Shown here: positions 8,962 to 17,976 of the stretch, one piece after another
How positions within the stretch are numbered: the first letter of the stretch is position 1
How the letters are laid out: each line of letters opens with the position of its first letter
From: a virus
Lineage: Duplodnaviria > Heunggongvirae > Uroviricota > Caudoviricetes
Virus record (IMG/VR): IMGVR_UViG_3300037423_001636
Coordinates: 77,169-141,168 of that record
DNA: 64,000 bases
Direction: 5' to 3' (one strand)
The notes under the pieces: model-generated
The model's database searches: none
What the model was told of the DNA's origin: nothing
The model's input: the letters and a program-made list of their open reading frames with translations, nothing else
Translations under genes and position numbers: made by a program

Positions 8962-10233
8962 ATGTTTTCGTATGGCGTCACTGCACTGTATGTGGGAGGA
9001 AGATCTCCCTACAGTTCTTTTTTTGAGTCATTGGCCACGACTTTCGCCCAAGGGGTCCAGTCGGCCGACGTTTCCCTAGAGTACCCTCGCACTGACGAGT
9101 TCGGCTGGGATGGTGGCGGCAACCGTGAGATAGTCCAGCGACCTCGGGCCATGCTTAATATCAGCTATTTGCCGGTCAGCGGTATCATGGAATCGGCGCT
9201 TGGATTATTCTCCAGCGATACCGTTTCAGCGCTGTCCAATCTAAACTCAGAATATAACGCATATGTCGCTATAAATCTGCAAAATGAGGACATTGTAAGC
9301 ACATCTTCGAATGGCTGGAATAATCGGATCATCGCGCTCGGCAATGGCGTAATGACCCATTATGAGTTTCGGGCGGCGGTGGGGCAGCCAACTACGGCAT
9401 CTGCCACGGTGGAATTTCTCAATGCTCTACTTCAGCCCAGCGGAACAGGACAGCCGTTGCCATCCATTGGCAAACAAAGTGGAAACGCAATAACAGGTCT
9501 GTATACGTTGCCTCAGGCGAGTAATACGATTACGCAGTATGCTGACATAAATCCTGCAAACATAAGCCTTTCATTCGATACGGGCGGCGCATTCGGGGCT
9601 TTGCTTAGCGGACAAAACAGCTGTCCCATTGATTCGTTCGCATTTTCAATCGATGTGCCAAGAACTGAAGTCAAGGACTTGGGATGGGCCTTTCCAAACA
9701 CGAGATCTGTGTTATGGCCCGTAACCGTGGGGATAAGGGCGGAGGGCTACTTAAACACGTTTCAACTTGATAGTCTCAACCGCTATCAATGTGCGGATTC
9801 AGGATATACGTTTGTTGTCCAGTCGCGCGATCCATGCGTCGGTGATGAGCCTTTAAAATTCACGTTTCAGGGCGCTAAATTAGATTCGCAGTCGATTAGC
9901 GCAAAGATTGGAGGCTCTCATCGCGTGAGCTTCAACTGGTCGTTAAAAATCTATGATTTCGCCCGTTCCGGTGGGCCAAACCTATTTATTTCTCCCCGGT
10001 CGCGATTTGTTTACACGTCCGTCATTTTTCCGCAAGTAGACTATGTAAGCGGACTCGCACCACTGACTATCAATCTCGGCACAGGCTGCTATCTTGACAT
10101 CACCAACGGTGCGGCAATTCTTCTTGGAAACTCTGTATACACAACTGACGATCCGGGCAGCACCGCCGTGGTTCGGGCGACTGTTTCAGGATCTTCTGAG
10201 TATCAAGATATTACGATGCTGGTGGGTTCGTAG
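8962..10233 (+). CDS. tail tube-like protein paralog with C-terminal beta (Ig-like) extension
   Basis: Shares ALYVG, GVQSADVS..PRTD, LGNGVMTHYEFRAAVGQPTTASATVEFLN and FSIDVPR motifs with 26545..27672. Confidence 0.7.
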   Translation: MFSYGVTALYVGGRSPYSSFFESLATTFAQGVQSADVSLEYPRTDEFGWDGGGNREIVQRPRAMLNISYLPVSGIMESALGLFSSDTVSALSNLNSEYNAYVAINLQNEDIVSTSSNGWNNRIIALGNGVMTHYEFRAAVGQPTTASATVEFLNALLQPSGTGQPLPSIGKQSGNAITGLYTLPQASNTITQYADINPANISLSFDTGGAFGALLSGQNSCPIDSFAFSIDVPRTEVKDLGWAFPNTRSVLWPVTVGIRAEGYLNTFQLDSLNRYQCADSGYTFVVQSRDPCVGDEPLKFTFQGAKLDSQSISAKIGGSHRVSFNWSLKIYDFARSGGPNLFISPRSRFVYTSVIFPQVDYVSGLAPLTINLGTGCYLDITNGAAILLGNSVYTTDDPGSTAVVRATVSGSSEYQDITMLVGS

Positions 10234-10426
10234 CAGTTAGCTCGGCTTCAATCCTCTGACGGGCTACCCGGATGTAGGATAGTGCTCCACGATATTGTTC
10301 TAGCTCTCGCGTTAGTCGTTCTATTTCCTCTTGTCTCTTGATAAGTCCTTGGGAAAAATCTTCGTGATCGCGAATAAGCTGATCGAGCTGGGTGCGTAGG
10401 GTAGGGTGGTCGAGGGACAGATTCAT
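10211..10426 (-). CDS. small coiled-coil protein downstream of tail tip J
   Basis: 71 aa heptad pattern; starts 3 nt after the J stop; overlaps the convergent gene by 23 nt. Confidence 0.55.
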   Translation of the reverse strand: MNLSLDHPTLRTQLDQLIRDHEDFSQGLIKRQEEIERLTRELEQYRGALSYIRVARQRIEAELTATNPPAS

Positions 10427-10429
10427 AAA

Positions 10430-13400
10430 TTATGGGTTAGGGATTGTTCCTTGTGCAGAGCCATCTACATAAACCTTAACGTTGGAGCCGTTCCATATAA
10501 ACGATATCTTGTTTCCATTATTATAGGAAATGCCGGCATTATTGCCGTTGCCGCCGCCGACCTTAATGGTGTTGCCGCCACAGTCGATAGCGGTAGAAGC
10601 GTTAAAGGTGGCGGTGCCATCGAAGGTGGAAGTGCTGTCTATGTCAAGAATGTCGCAGTTGATGGAATTGTTAGATCCTTGCAGAGTTATTCCTCCATCA
10701 TTTACAGTCACAAGACCATTGTTGTACGCGTCCAAATAAACACGTGAAATCACAGAAGCGTCAGTATAAAGAGTGATGAGACCTGCATAAGTTCCTGCGT
10801 TATTAACCGCTCTTGCTCCTAAGACCTGATTAGTATTTGGTGCGTAAAGATTGAAATCTCCACCGTTGCTAGAAATCTGGGCTCGTTGTCCCGCCAAATT
10901 ACCAACATTCAATCCGCGAGAGTCTATAGAGGCTTTGGCCGTACCAGCGCCACCAGTAAAAGCCCCTCTAACCACGACATTGTTGAACTCAGAATCTCCA
11001 TTTCCCCTAATTCTCCATCCGGCCGACCCGGCGGTAAACGTGTCTGATTGCAGGCTCGCGCTACCAAACGCTATTGTTGCGCTGTCAATATCGTAAGATG
11101 AGTTGGTCGTAGCAACCATGCTGGCGACTCTGCCGTTGGCCTCCAACTTGAATCCGTACACCGCTTTCGCCACCCCGCCGATACCACCAATCGAGCCAGT
11201 GACCATTGCCGAGGCTAAAATTGTCACACTGGCACTTGATCCAGAAGTTACCGCGGAAAGATAGTTCATCCACTGCGCCAATGCACTGCCGGTTGTAGCT
11301 AGTGCTGTGGTCACTGTGGTAACGCTAGCTCTAAGAGATGCACCGGTGGTAGTTAGATTCGCCGACACCACATCTACTCGCTGGCCTAGCGCCACTCCTG
11401 TAGAAGTCAACGCTGTCATTACTGTGCTTACTTGTGCGTTAGTGTAAGCTACGAGCGAGCCGCTGGCACCGGTCGTGGTAGCCTGAACCTGCTGAACACT
11501 CTGTTGAAGGTTGAAATATGCGCCGCTTACACTGCCGTTCGAATCAACGGGGATAGGTCCATAGATCGGGCAGCCTGTGTAGCCAAAATTATCCGTAAGC
11601 GCAAACCACATGTAATAGTGATTGCTCCCAGTTTGATATATCCCATTGGATACCAAACCAGCCATATTATCACTCTCGTAATTGTGGTTGCCGAAAACCG
11701 GCGTGAAACTGCTGCTATTGTTCCACCAGATGTAGATTCCACTAATGTCGTTGCTTGGGAATGGAACAACGTCATAGTATATGCCGCCATTGTATCCGAC
11801 AAAGCCGGAGCTTACTGGGGGTTTGGGCGGCGGATTATTCATCTTCAGCCGTGCGCCCGTAGCATAGCTGCCATACACGTCAAGGGTGTCCACCCAGAAA
11901 TCGAAGCCTCGGCGGGCGTAGCCTCCAAGTCCAGTATAGAGGAAACGATCTGGAAACTCGTATGTTGTATTGGTATTTCCGTCAAGCGTAATCACCGGCG
12001 AAAGGTAATCGCTTGTACCATCAAGCCCACTAATTCTGATTCTATAGCCTGCCACCAAATCGAAGGAGGGTACGTGCTGATCTTCGTTGTCCAGTTGGAA
12101 ATCCCATGTTAGGGTGGGTGTCGTTCCAATGTAGCCGGTATAATTGCCATCCGAATTGAATAGGTAGGAGTCGTAATCTTCCGATATAACCAGTTCTCTC
12201 AGCGGCGGGCTGGTTCCGAACGGATTGGTGGGAGCTACGGTCTCAGTGTCGGATATGAATGTAGAATATATGCCGCCTTCACTGACCGCCGCCACCTTGA
12301 AGTTGTAGGCTCCCACCGGATTTACCGGAAAAACGAATGAAGGGCTGGTGGTATTGTAGCCAGAATAGACGAATCCCGGAGTCTGACCTGATATGCGGTA
12401 ATAGGCAACATTGGTGCTTGGGCTTTCTGTCCACGTAAGTCCAATTGTCTCGAAAAATGCGCCATCCTCCAAAGCCCCAGTGACATAAGTAGAAACGAGG
12501 TTGCTTGGCGGTAGAATCGAAGATACGTCACCATTGTTCGGCGGCTGATCAATGACCGTATACCCAGTTGAAATGACAAAAGTTATTCCCGTGCTGGCTT
12601 GCAGTCCAAGGACTTCAATCTTGCCCGGCTCTGGCTCTGAAGTGGCTAGACATGTGTAGAATGAAGCCTTTCGAAATATACCGGTAGGATCGCCGCTCGA
12701 CGATAAAATCCAAGGACTGCCGACATAGAGCCCGGAGGAAAACTGTCCGGCGACAATCATCGTATCACTCGTGCCGGCCGAATTCGTCACGCGGAAGCTC
12801 TGAATCTGGGGATTCCTGATCTGGGAAATCTGGTCCGAGCCGGTGAGCGAACCAGAACCGTCCAACACGTACTCTGGCACTATACAGGTAAGTGAATAGG
12901 TGAGCCCAGCCTCAAGCGTTACAGGACGATCGAGCTGGACCACGCTGCCGCCGGTCTGCCGGTAGATAATGCGCCCCGCTTGACTGCGGTTGTTGCGGAA
13001 ATTATCGTAAACAGCAAACACGTCACCCGGCCGCAGGTAAAGACCCTCCATGTCAGTCTGGAATGTGACCGTTTCAGTGAGGAGTCTTTCGGTCTCTAGG
13101 GTCCAAGAGCCTAATCGATATGCCTGCCCCTTTGACGTGCAGGCAAAGGCGCTCATATCCTTTTGGACGTATCCATAGCGAATTATGCCGTCGATGTCCT
13201 CGACGTATTCCACGTTCTCGCGATACCCGTTATTCGGGTCGATCCACTTGACCATTGCGACGGTGGAACGCGTGTTTCGGGCCGTGTCAGAGTAATTGAA
13301 CACACCGTCTACTACATTGGCGTTCGTGAACGCGTAGACTGGCACGGACATGTCGTTCGTCGTAACGGGATGAATTGTTCCGTTGGCGTAATACAGCATG

Positions 13401-14806
13401 CCGCGGAACGTAGAGGCTAGGCTAAGCAGTACGTTATAGGCATCTTCCGGTTGTTGGATGGAGACGTTACACGTGAAGCGTGGCTCCAAGCCACCTTTGC
13501 CATCGTCTACCAGCTGATCACAATACTGACCAATCTGGTACAAGGTCCACTTATCTACGGAGCCAGAGTTGATATAGTCCCCCAAACCATGAACGGGGTC
13601 GGTCAGAATATCGTAGAAAATCCATGCGGGGTTATCCGTCCAGACGCCAGCTTGAAAGTCCCCAGTCCAGACCGTGGGATAAACGGCTGGAATTACGTTG
13701 CCAGTAATGCTCTGAGAAGTGAAGGTGAGGGTGGTATTGTTGTTAGTTGCGGTGGGGTCTTTATCCACCGTGAAGAAATAGCCACCTCCGACCACTGATC
13801 CGTCATTGATGCTGACCACACTCGTACCTGCCGGGATGCCTGCTCCAGCCACGGCAGTACCGGCTGTGATTCCAGCCAGTTGCGAAACATCCTGCGTGGT
13901 CATTCCAATGTGCTTGGTCGTAGAGTCAACGTCGCACTGGCGAGTAAACGTGAGTGGGACGTTGTTGCCATACCTCGTGGGCGTGTAGCCGTTGGGAACA
14001 TTGACCAGCATGCCCATGATTTCATAGGCCCGTGAAGGAATGTTAGAGAACTGATTGGCGCTGATGTTCGTGCCTACAATGACACTGTTCGGATACGCAA
14101 AAAGACTGCTTGAAATTACCGACATACTGTCCACAAACAACGCATTTTGCGTGCGGATCGACTGGATGTCAGTGGACACTCGACGGACACGCACTTTCCA
14201 GCTGTAGTAGGTAGAAGCTGGCGCTGTCTTTGGTAGCGTTATCGTATGGTCTCGAAGATAGGGGGTAGTACACTTGCCATTAATCTCATCGTTGACGTAA
14301 GTTACGAATGGATTCTCGTTGACTGATACGTCAATGGAGTATTGGACCACGTACCCATTTGTGTTGCCCTGCTCGTCTTGAGAGAATAACGCCGGAACCC
14401 GGACCGTCACACGGACCGAATCGGCGTCTGGAAACATGTCTGTATTGAATGTGGCTACGACTGTTTTGTACGGACCAGCGCCGGGCAGAGGATTCGATAT
14501 GAGGGTATTACTGCCAAGAGGAATGGCACATTCCACCTTCTGGAATCCCTGAATCCCAGTCTGGGTCGAATTGCCGAGCATGTATGCGAACGTAAACCCA
14601 GCCCCGCTCACATTGTAGTTGTATGATCCGTCGATGTTACGAACGGGAGTATCGTCGTAGTACGTAGCCATCAACGCATCCCCGGTGAAAGGAATGCTCT
14701 TATATGCAAAGCCAGAGATTGGGCCTTCGCATATAAGGTCTACGACACTCATGCTCTGGTTAGAGAGTAGAGTATTCGGGGCTTCAGTATTGGTGACGGT
14801 TGCCAT
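10430..14806 (-). CDS. tail tip/central fiber protein, lambda gpJ-like
   Basis: VVDLICEGPI, WTDNPAWIFYD, EPRFTCNV, GLYLRPGDVFAVYD, FNIII-like repeats, coiled coil and distal beta-rich domain. Confidence 0.9.
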   Translation of the reverse strand: MATVTNTEAPNTLLSNQSMSVVDLICEGPISGFAYKSIPFTGDALMATYYDDTPVRNIDGSYNYNVSGAGFTFAYMLGNSTQTGIQGFQKVECAIPLGSNTLISNPLPGAGPYKTVVATFNTDMFPDADSVRVTVRVPALFSQDEQGNTNGYVVQYSIDVSVNENPFVTYVNDEINGKCTTPYLRDHTITLPKTAPASTYYSWKVRVRRVSTDIQSIRTQNALFVDSMSVISSSLFAYPNSVIVGTNISANQFSNIPSRAYEIMGMLVNVPNGYTPTRYGNNVPLTFTRQCDVDSTTKHIGMTTQDVSQLAGITAGTAVAGAGIPAGTSVVSINDGSVVGGGYFFTVDKDPTATNNNTTLTFTSQSITGNVIPAVYPTVWTGDFQAGVWTDNPAWIFYDILTDPVHGLGDYINSGSVDKWTLYQIGQYCDQLVDDGKGGLEPRFTCNVSIQQPEDAYNVLLSLASTFRGMLYYANGTIHPVTTNDMSVPVYAFTNANVVDGVFNYSDTARNTRSTVAMVKWIDPNNGYRENVEYVEDIDGIIRYGYVQKDMSAFACTSKGQAYRLGSWTLETERLLTETVTFQTDMEGLYLRPGDVFAVYDNFRNNRSQAGRIIYRQTGGSVVQLDRPVTLEAGLTYSLTCIVPEYVLDGSGSLTGSDQISQIRNPQIQSFRVTNSAGTSDTMIVAGQFSSGLYVGSPWILSSSGDPTGIFRKASFYTCLATSEPEPGKIEVLGLQASTGITFVISTGYTVIDQPPNNGDVSSILPPSNLVSTYVTGALEDGAFFETIGLTWTESPSTNVAYYRISGQTPGFVYSGYNTTSPSFVFPVNPVGAYNFKVAAVSEGGIYSTFISDTETVAPTNPFGTSPPLRELVISEDYDSYLFNSDGNYTGYIGTTPTLTWDFQLDNEDQHVPSFDLVAGYRIRISGLDGTSDYLSPVITLDGNTNTTYEFPDRFLYTGLGGYARRGFDFWVDTLDVYGSYATGARLKMNNPPPKPPVSSGFVGYNGGIYYDVVPFPSNDISGIYIWWNNSSSFTPVFGNHNYESDNMAGLVSNGIYQTGSNHYYMWFALTDNFGYTGCPIYGPIPVDSNGSVSGAYFNLQQSVQQVQATTTGASGSLVAYTNAQVSTVMTALTSTGVALGQRVDVVSANLTTTGASLRASVTTVTTALATTGSALAQWMNYLSAVTSGSSASVTILASAMVTGSIGGIGGVAKAVYGFKLEANGRVASMVATTNSSYDIDSATIAFGSASLQSDTFTAGSAGWRIRGNGDSEFNNVVVRGAFTGGAGTAKASIDSRGLNVGNLAGQRAQISSNGGDFNLYAPNTNQVLGARAVNNAGTYAGLITLYTDASVISRVYLDAYNNGLVTVNDGGITLQGSNNSINCDILDIDSTSTFDGTATFNASTAIDCGGNTIKVGGGNGNNAGISYNNGNKISFIWNGSNVKVYVDGSAQGTIPNP

Positions 14807-14809
14807 CGA

Positions 14810-15535
14810 CTATTCTTCGTCTCTTGAAGTGTCTTTTGGTCTCCATTGGTAGCCACCGCCGGGCAGTTCTACTTGTTCGTATTCTGTCGTGTTTACAACC
14901 GTGTCCACCTTGATGTCTTCGTTCCAAAACGAGATTGAGATCGGCATTGGAACAACTAGAGCGCGTCCATAGACGACTCCGACCGATCCGCCTTGGGAAA
15001 CGGCGGTGGAATTCCCATTGAAAATAGTGCTGCCGGTGTCGCGCCCATCGCCAAGAGTATTGTTGTTGAAATTGGGGGTCGGGGTAAGGAGCTGGGTAAT
15101 GCCGCCCAATATCATGGAAGCACCCAAGAGTCCTATGCCAAGTCCTACTGAGCCGGCCGTTAGGCCGCCGCCAATGGCCCCCGCTATCGCCACGTTCACG
15201 CCGGGCACGAAAGCCAATGCAATTATGGCCACGCCCGCAAGAATCTTGCCCAGCCCACCCTTCGCCCCTTTCACAGTCGGCATGATGTATATATCTGATG
15301 CGCCGCTACGATTGGATAATTCGTCCTTAGATAGAAGATCGTTTTTCTTGCCGACCGCGACCTTGTAAAACCCTTTCTTTCCCTGATTGAGGATATAGGC
15401 TCGCAGCTTGCCGCCAACATTCACATCAATAGCGCGGATTGCTTCCGCGGGACTGGAAACACGAAGCTTCCACGTCTTGCCAAACGTAGCGCCGAGCCTG
15501 CCACTGAGATGAATTGTCGTCAGTCCTTCGTCCAT
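14810..15535 (-). CDS. tail assembly protein, lambda gpI-like
   Basis: IHLSGRLGATFGK, SPAEAIRAI, Gly-rich hydrophobic stretch, GVVYGRALV. Confidence 0.85.
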   Translation of the reverse strand: MDEGLTTIHLSGRLGATFGKTWKLRVSSPAEAIRAIDVNVGGKLRAYILNQGKKGFYKVAVGKKNDLLSKDELSNRSGASDIYIMPTVKGAKGGLGKILAGVAIIALAFVPGVNVAIAGAIGGGLTAGSVGLGIGLLGASMILGGITQLLTPTPNFNNNTLGDGRDTGSTIFNGNSTAVSQGGSVGVVYGRALVVPMPISISFWNEDIKVDTVVNTTEYEQVELPGGGYQWRPKDTSRDEE

Positions 15536-15555
15536 ACCGTATAATTAGCCTTTCC

Positions 15556-16311
15556 CTAGTCTCTTTTTACACGAAAATTGGGACGAGTTGTATCGAAATC
15601 GGGCTTGAACACGCAGACTAAACGAGATAGCCAGCGGTCTGTCAGCAGTTCAGTGCGAGAGAGTCCATGCTGGGGGTGATGGAGAAAGAGATTTCCCGAT
15701 CCCATATATACGCCGAAGTGCTGGGGCAACGCCTTATCAGTCTTGAACATCATAACATCATGCATGGCTAGGCTATCCAAAGAGCCTAGTCGAAAGCCCT
15801 CACGCTGAAAGCTGGCCATGATGGTACCGGCTTCTTCGTGAGAGAAAGTCTCGTCTCTATCGTAATCCGACATATAGTGGGAGAAATTCTGGCGGAAATA
15901 GTGACGGACCAATGAATAGCAGTCTTCGATTCCAAGTGCAAATGGGCGTCCCGCAAGCTCAACCTGATAATCCGAGGGGATATATTCGTGCCACTCTTTT
16001 CCGCCGACATCGTAAAGATATTGCGGAAGATAGATGTGGTGAGCGTAGTCCAGATCAGCCTCGGAAAATCCCGACGAGCGGGGCGCTGGATGCGAGTGAT
16101 ATACGGCTAGAGGCTCAAATGGACTAGCGGCTTGCAAGGCAGCAATATGGTCCTCGTCGGAAATATCGAACTCATTTTGAGGGTCCGCCGAAATGTTCTT
16201 GCATTCGAACAGAGCGGGACGACCGACAGCGTTAGAATACACAAATCCGCAAATTTCGTTAAGGGAAGATTCGGCGAGAGAGATGATACGTTGCTTGAGT
16301 ATGGTGTGCAT
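15556..16311 (-). CDS. tail tip assembly protein, lambda gpK-like (JAMM/MPN + NlpC/P60)
   Basis: EICGF...YHSHP...SEAD JAMM motif; DCYSLV and HFGVY...FLHH NlpC/P60 catalytic residues. Confidence 0.9.
   Translation of the reverse strand: MHTILKQRIISLAESSLNEICGFVYSNAVGRPALFECKNISADPQNEFDISDEDHIAALQAASPFEPLAVYHSHPAPRSSGFSEADLDYAHHIYLPQYLYDVGGKEWHEYIPSDYQVELAGRPFALGIEDCYSLVRHYFRQNFSHYMSDYDRDETFSHEEAGTIMASFQREGFRLGSLDSLAMHDVMMFKTDKALPQHFGVYMGSGNLFLHHPQHGLSRTELLTDRWLSRLVCVFKPDFDTTRPNFRVKRD
15564..15572 (-). promoter_or_regulatory. GTGTAA motif before gpI-like gene
   Basis: AATTTTCGTGTAAAAA within the last codons of the gpK-like gene. Confidence 0.4.
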
Positions 16312-16321
16312 TATACAAGGA

Positions 16322-17224
16322 TTACGTCAAAATCCACGGAGCACGGGTCACGCCCGGGTAGAACGCGCCTCTGAGCGGGGTATCCGTAAACCTCAATTTG
16401 CAAGCGGCACACGATTTGCTGCATTGATCTGCTATGAAAGATGAGCTGCCGACCGGGCTGCTTACAACAGTTCCATTGGTGTTACAGACGTAGTAGATTT
16501 TAATGCCAGTAAATTGAGGGAGAGAGGAATAGACGAAACAGGCGTCGCCCTGATTGTAGGTCGTTGAAGCAGAGAAGAGTCCGCGGTCCACAACTGTGTA
16601 TCCATACCCTGCCGCTCCAAACGGGCGGTTTTTCACATCCGCTACGGGTAATCCATCATACCCGCATGTTCTTTGATCTCTATACTTCCATGGGGCCGCA
16701 CAGACATTTGCAATAATCTGTCGGCGGGGCAGTTTGACATTTTGCATGTCGATCGGAGACGATAATTCCCATTGCACAATCTGCGGATTCTCGGTAATCT
16801 TGCGGTTAACGGACCAAATCTGATCGGGATAAGCCGCAGTCGGATCTGGGGTATATGGGGACACGTTTCCCGGCCAATTCACAGCATCGATAAAGCGAGC
16901 GAATACTCTGCGATGAATGATGGTCGCGCCGACCAGCTGACCATACTGAAGAAGCAGATTCGAGGTGAAGCCATTGATGTTTGATGCGGTAAGCTTGGGT
17001 CGGACTTGACCACCTTTCCCATCGTAACCGAAATCCGTCAGCTTGATCGGAAATGGAGCGTACTCCTGACCGTTGAAGGTGAGCGGCTGGAATTGAGTAG
17101 ATGTGCCATCGTAAAAATAAAAGACGGTTGACATCCCTATAGAGGTTCCATCGAGGACGAATAAGTCTAGAAGAGCGGTGGGGTCGAAGCGGGTGGGTTC
17201 CCGCGACATTTGGAAATTACTCAT
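16322..17224 (-). CDS. minor tail protein, lambda gpL-like
   Basis: FNGQEYAPFPI, RPKLTASN, WELSSPIDM, KLPRRQI and four conserved Cys (VC..WKYR..TCGY, CSKSCAAC). Confidence 0.9.
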   Translation of the reverse strand: MSNFQMSREPTRFDPTALLDLFVLDGTSIGMSTVFYFYDGTSTQFQPLTFNGQEYAPFPIKLTDFGYDGKGGQVRPKLTASNINGFTSNLLLQYGQLVGATIIHRRVFARFIDAVNWPGNVSPYTPDPTAAYPDQIWSVNRKITENPQIVQWELSSPIDMQNVKLPRRQIIANVCAAPWKYRDQRTCGYDGLPVADVKNRPFGAAGYGYTVVDRGLFSASTTYNQGDACFVYSSLPQFTGIKIYYVCNTNGTVVSSPVGSSSFIADQCSKSCAACKLRFTDTPLRGAFYPGVTRAPWILT

Positions 17225-17970
17225 GGTTCGAACACCCTCATTATTTTTACGGTAGCCGTATTTAGGTTAAACGAATCGTTTGTATATGAGAGTGAAGAAG
17301 CGATCCATTTCTGCAACGTCTGATTCTCAAGCAGAGAGATGGGAATCATCATTTGGAAGGATTGCGCGCCGGCTTTATCTTGTACGTAATTAATTAGTCC
17401 TCGAATCTCGCGATTGCTGCGGCTCTGAAACACTAGATCGTAAGTCTTATTGAACGTGTTGATTCCAGCTGGCATTCGTTGACTGTAACCATCGCCTAGC
17501 TTGGCCACTAACGTCATGTTGTCTATGTCCGCCTTGGTTGAATAACTCGGCGTCCAGAAAAATCCGGTCGTCCAGCACGGGTTCAGATTACAGTGAATTG
17601 CACCCACCGTGATCGCGGCCCCGTCATCCCATCCGGGATTGACAAAAGATATGCTGCCGCTGCCCGCCGATGAGACCATACCTGTATAGTTTACCGTCGA
17701 ATTGACAGTTATGCCAGTCACAAGTACACAAGAGCCGGGGAAGAACGCTGGCCTGCCGGCGGGATCGTAGTACAATGTCGTAAGGTCATCACGCCTGATA
17801 TAGCTCGTCACCGGTACATCATAGGTGATCGTCGGCGCATTGCCGATATTGTTGTCGCAAGTGGAGTAGTAGTACGTAGTCGTATTCGAACCGCCGTCGC
17901 CATATACAACATCATACTTTTGAAATGTGGTGTTGCCGCCGTAGGGGGGGAAGTAGAATTGAGAAGACAT
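17221..17970 (-). CDS. minor tail protein, lambda gpM/Dit-like with N-terminal accessory domains
   Basis: C-terminal LGDGYSQRMPAGINT...DLVF motif; directly downstream of the tape measure. Confidence 0.85.
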   Translation of the reverse strand: MSSQFYFPPYGGNTTFQKYDVVYGDGGSNTTTYYYSTCDNNIGNAPTITYDVPVTSYIRRDDLTTLYYDPAGRPAFFPGSCVLVTGITVNSTVNYTGMVSSAGSGSISFVNPGWDDGAAITVGAIHCNLNPCWTTGFFWTPSYSTKADIDNMTLVAKLGDGYSQRMPAGINTFNKTYDLVFQSRSNREIRGLINYVQDKAGAQSFQMMIPISLLENQTLQKWIASSLSYTNDSFNLNTATVKIMRVFEP

Positions 17971-17976
17971 GAGAAT

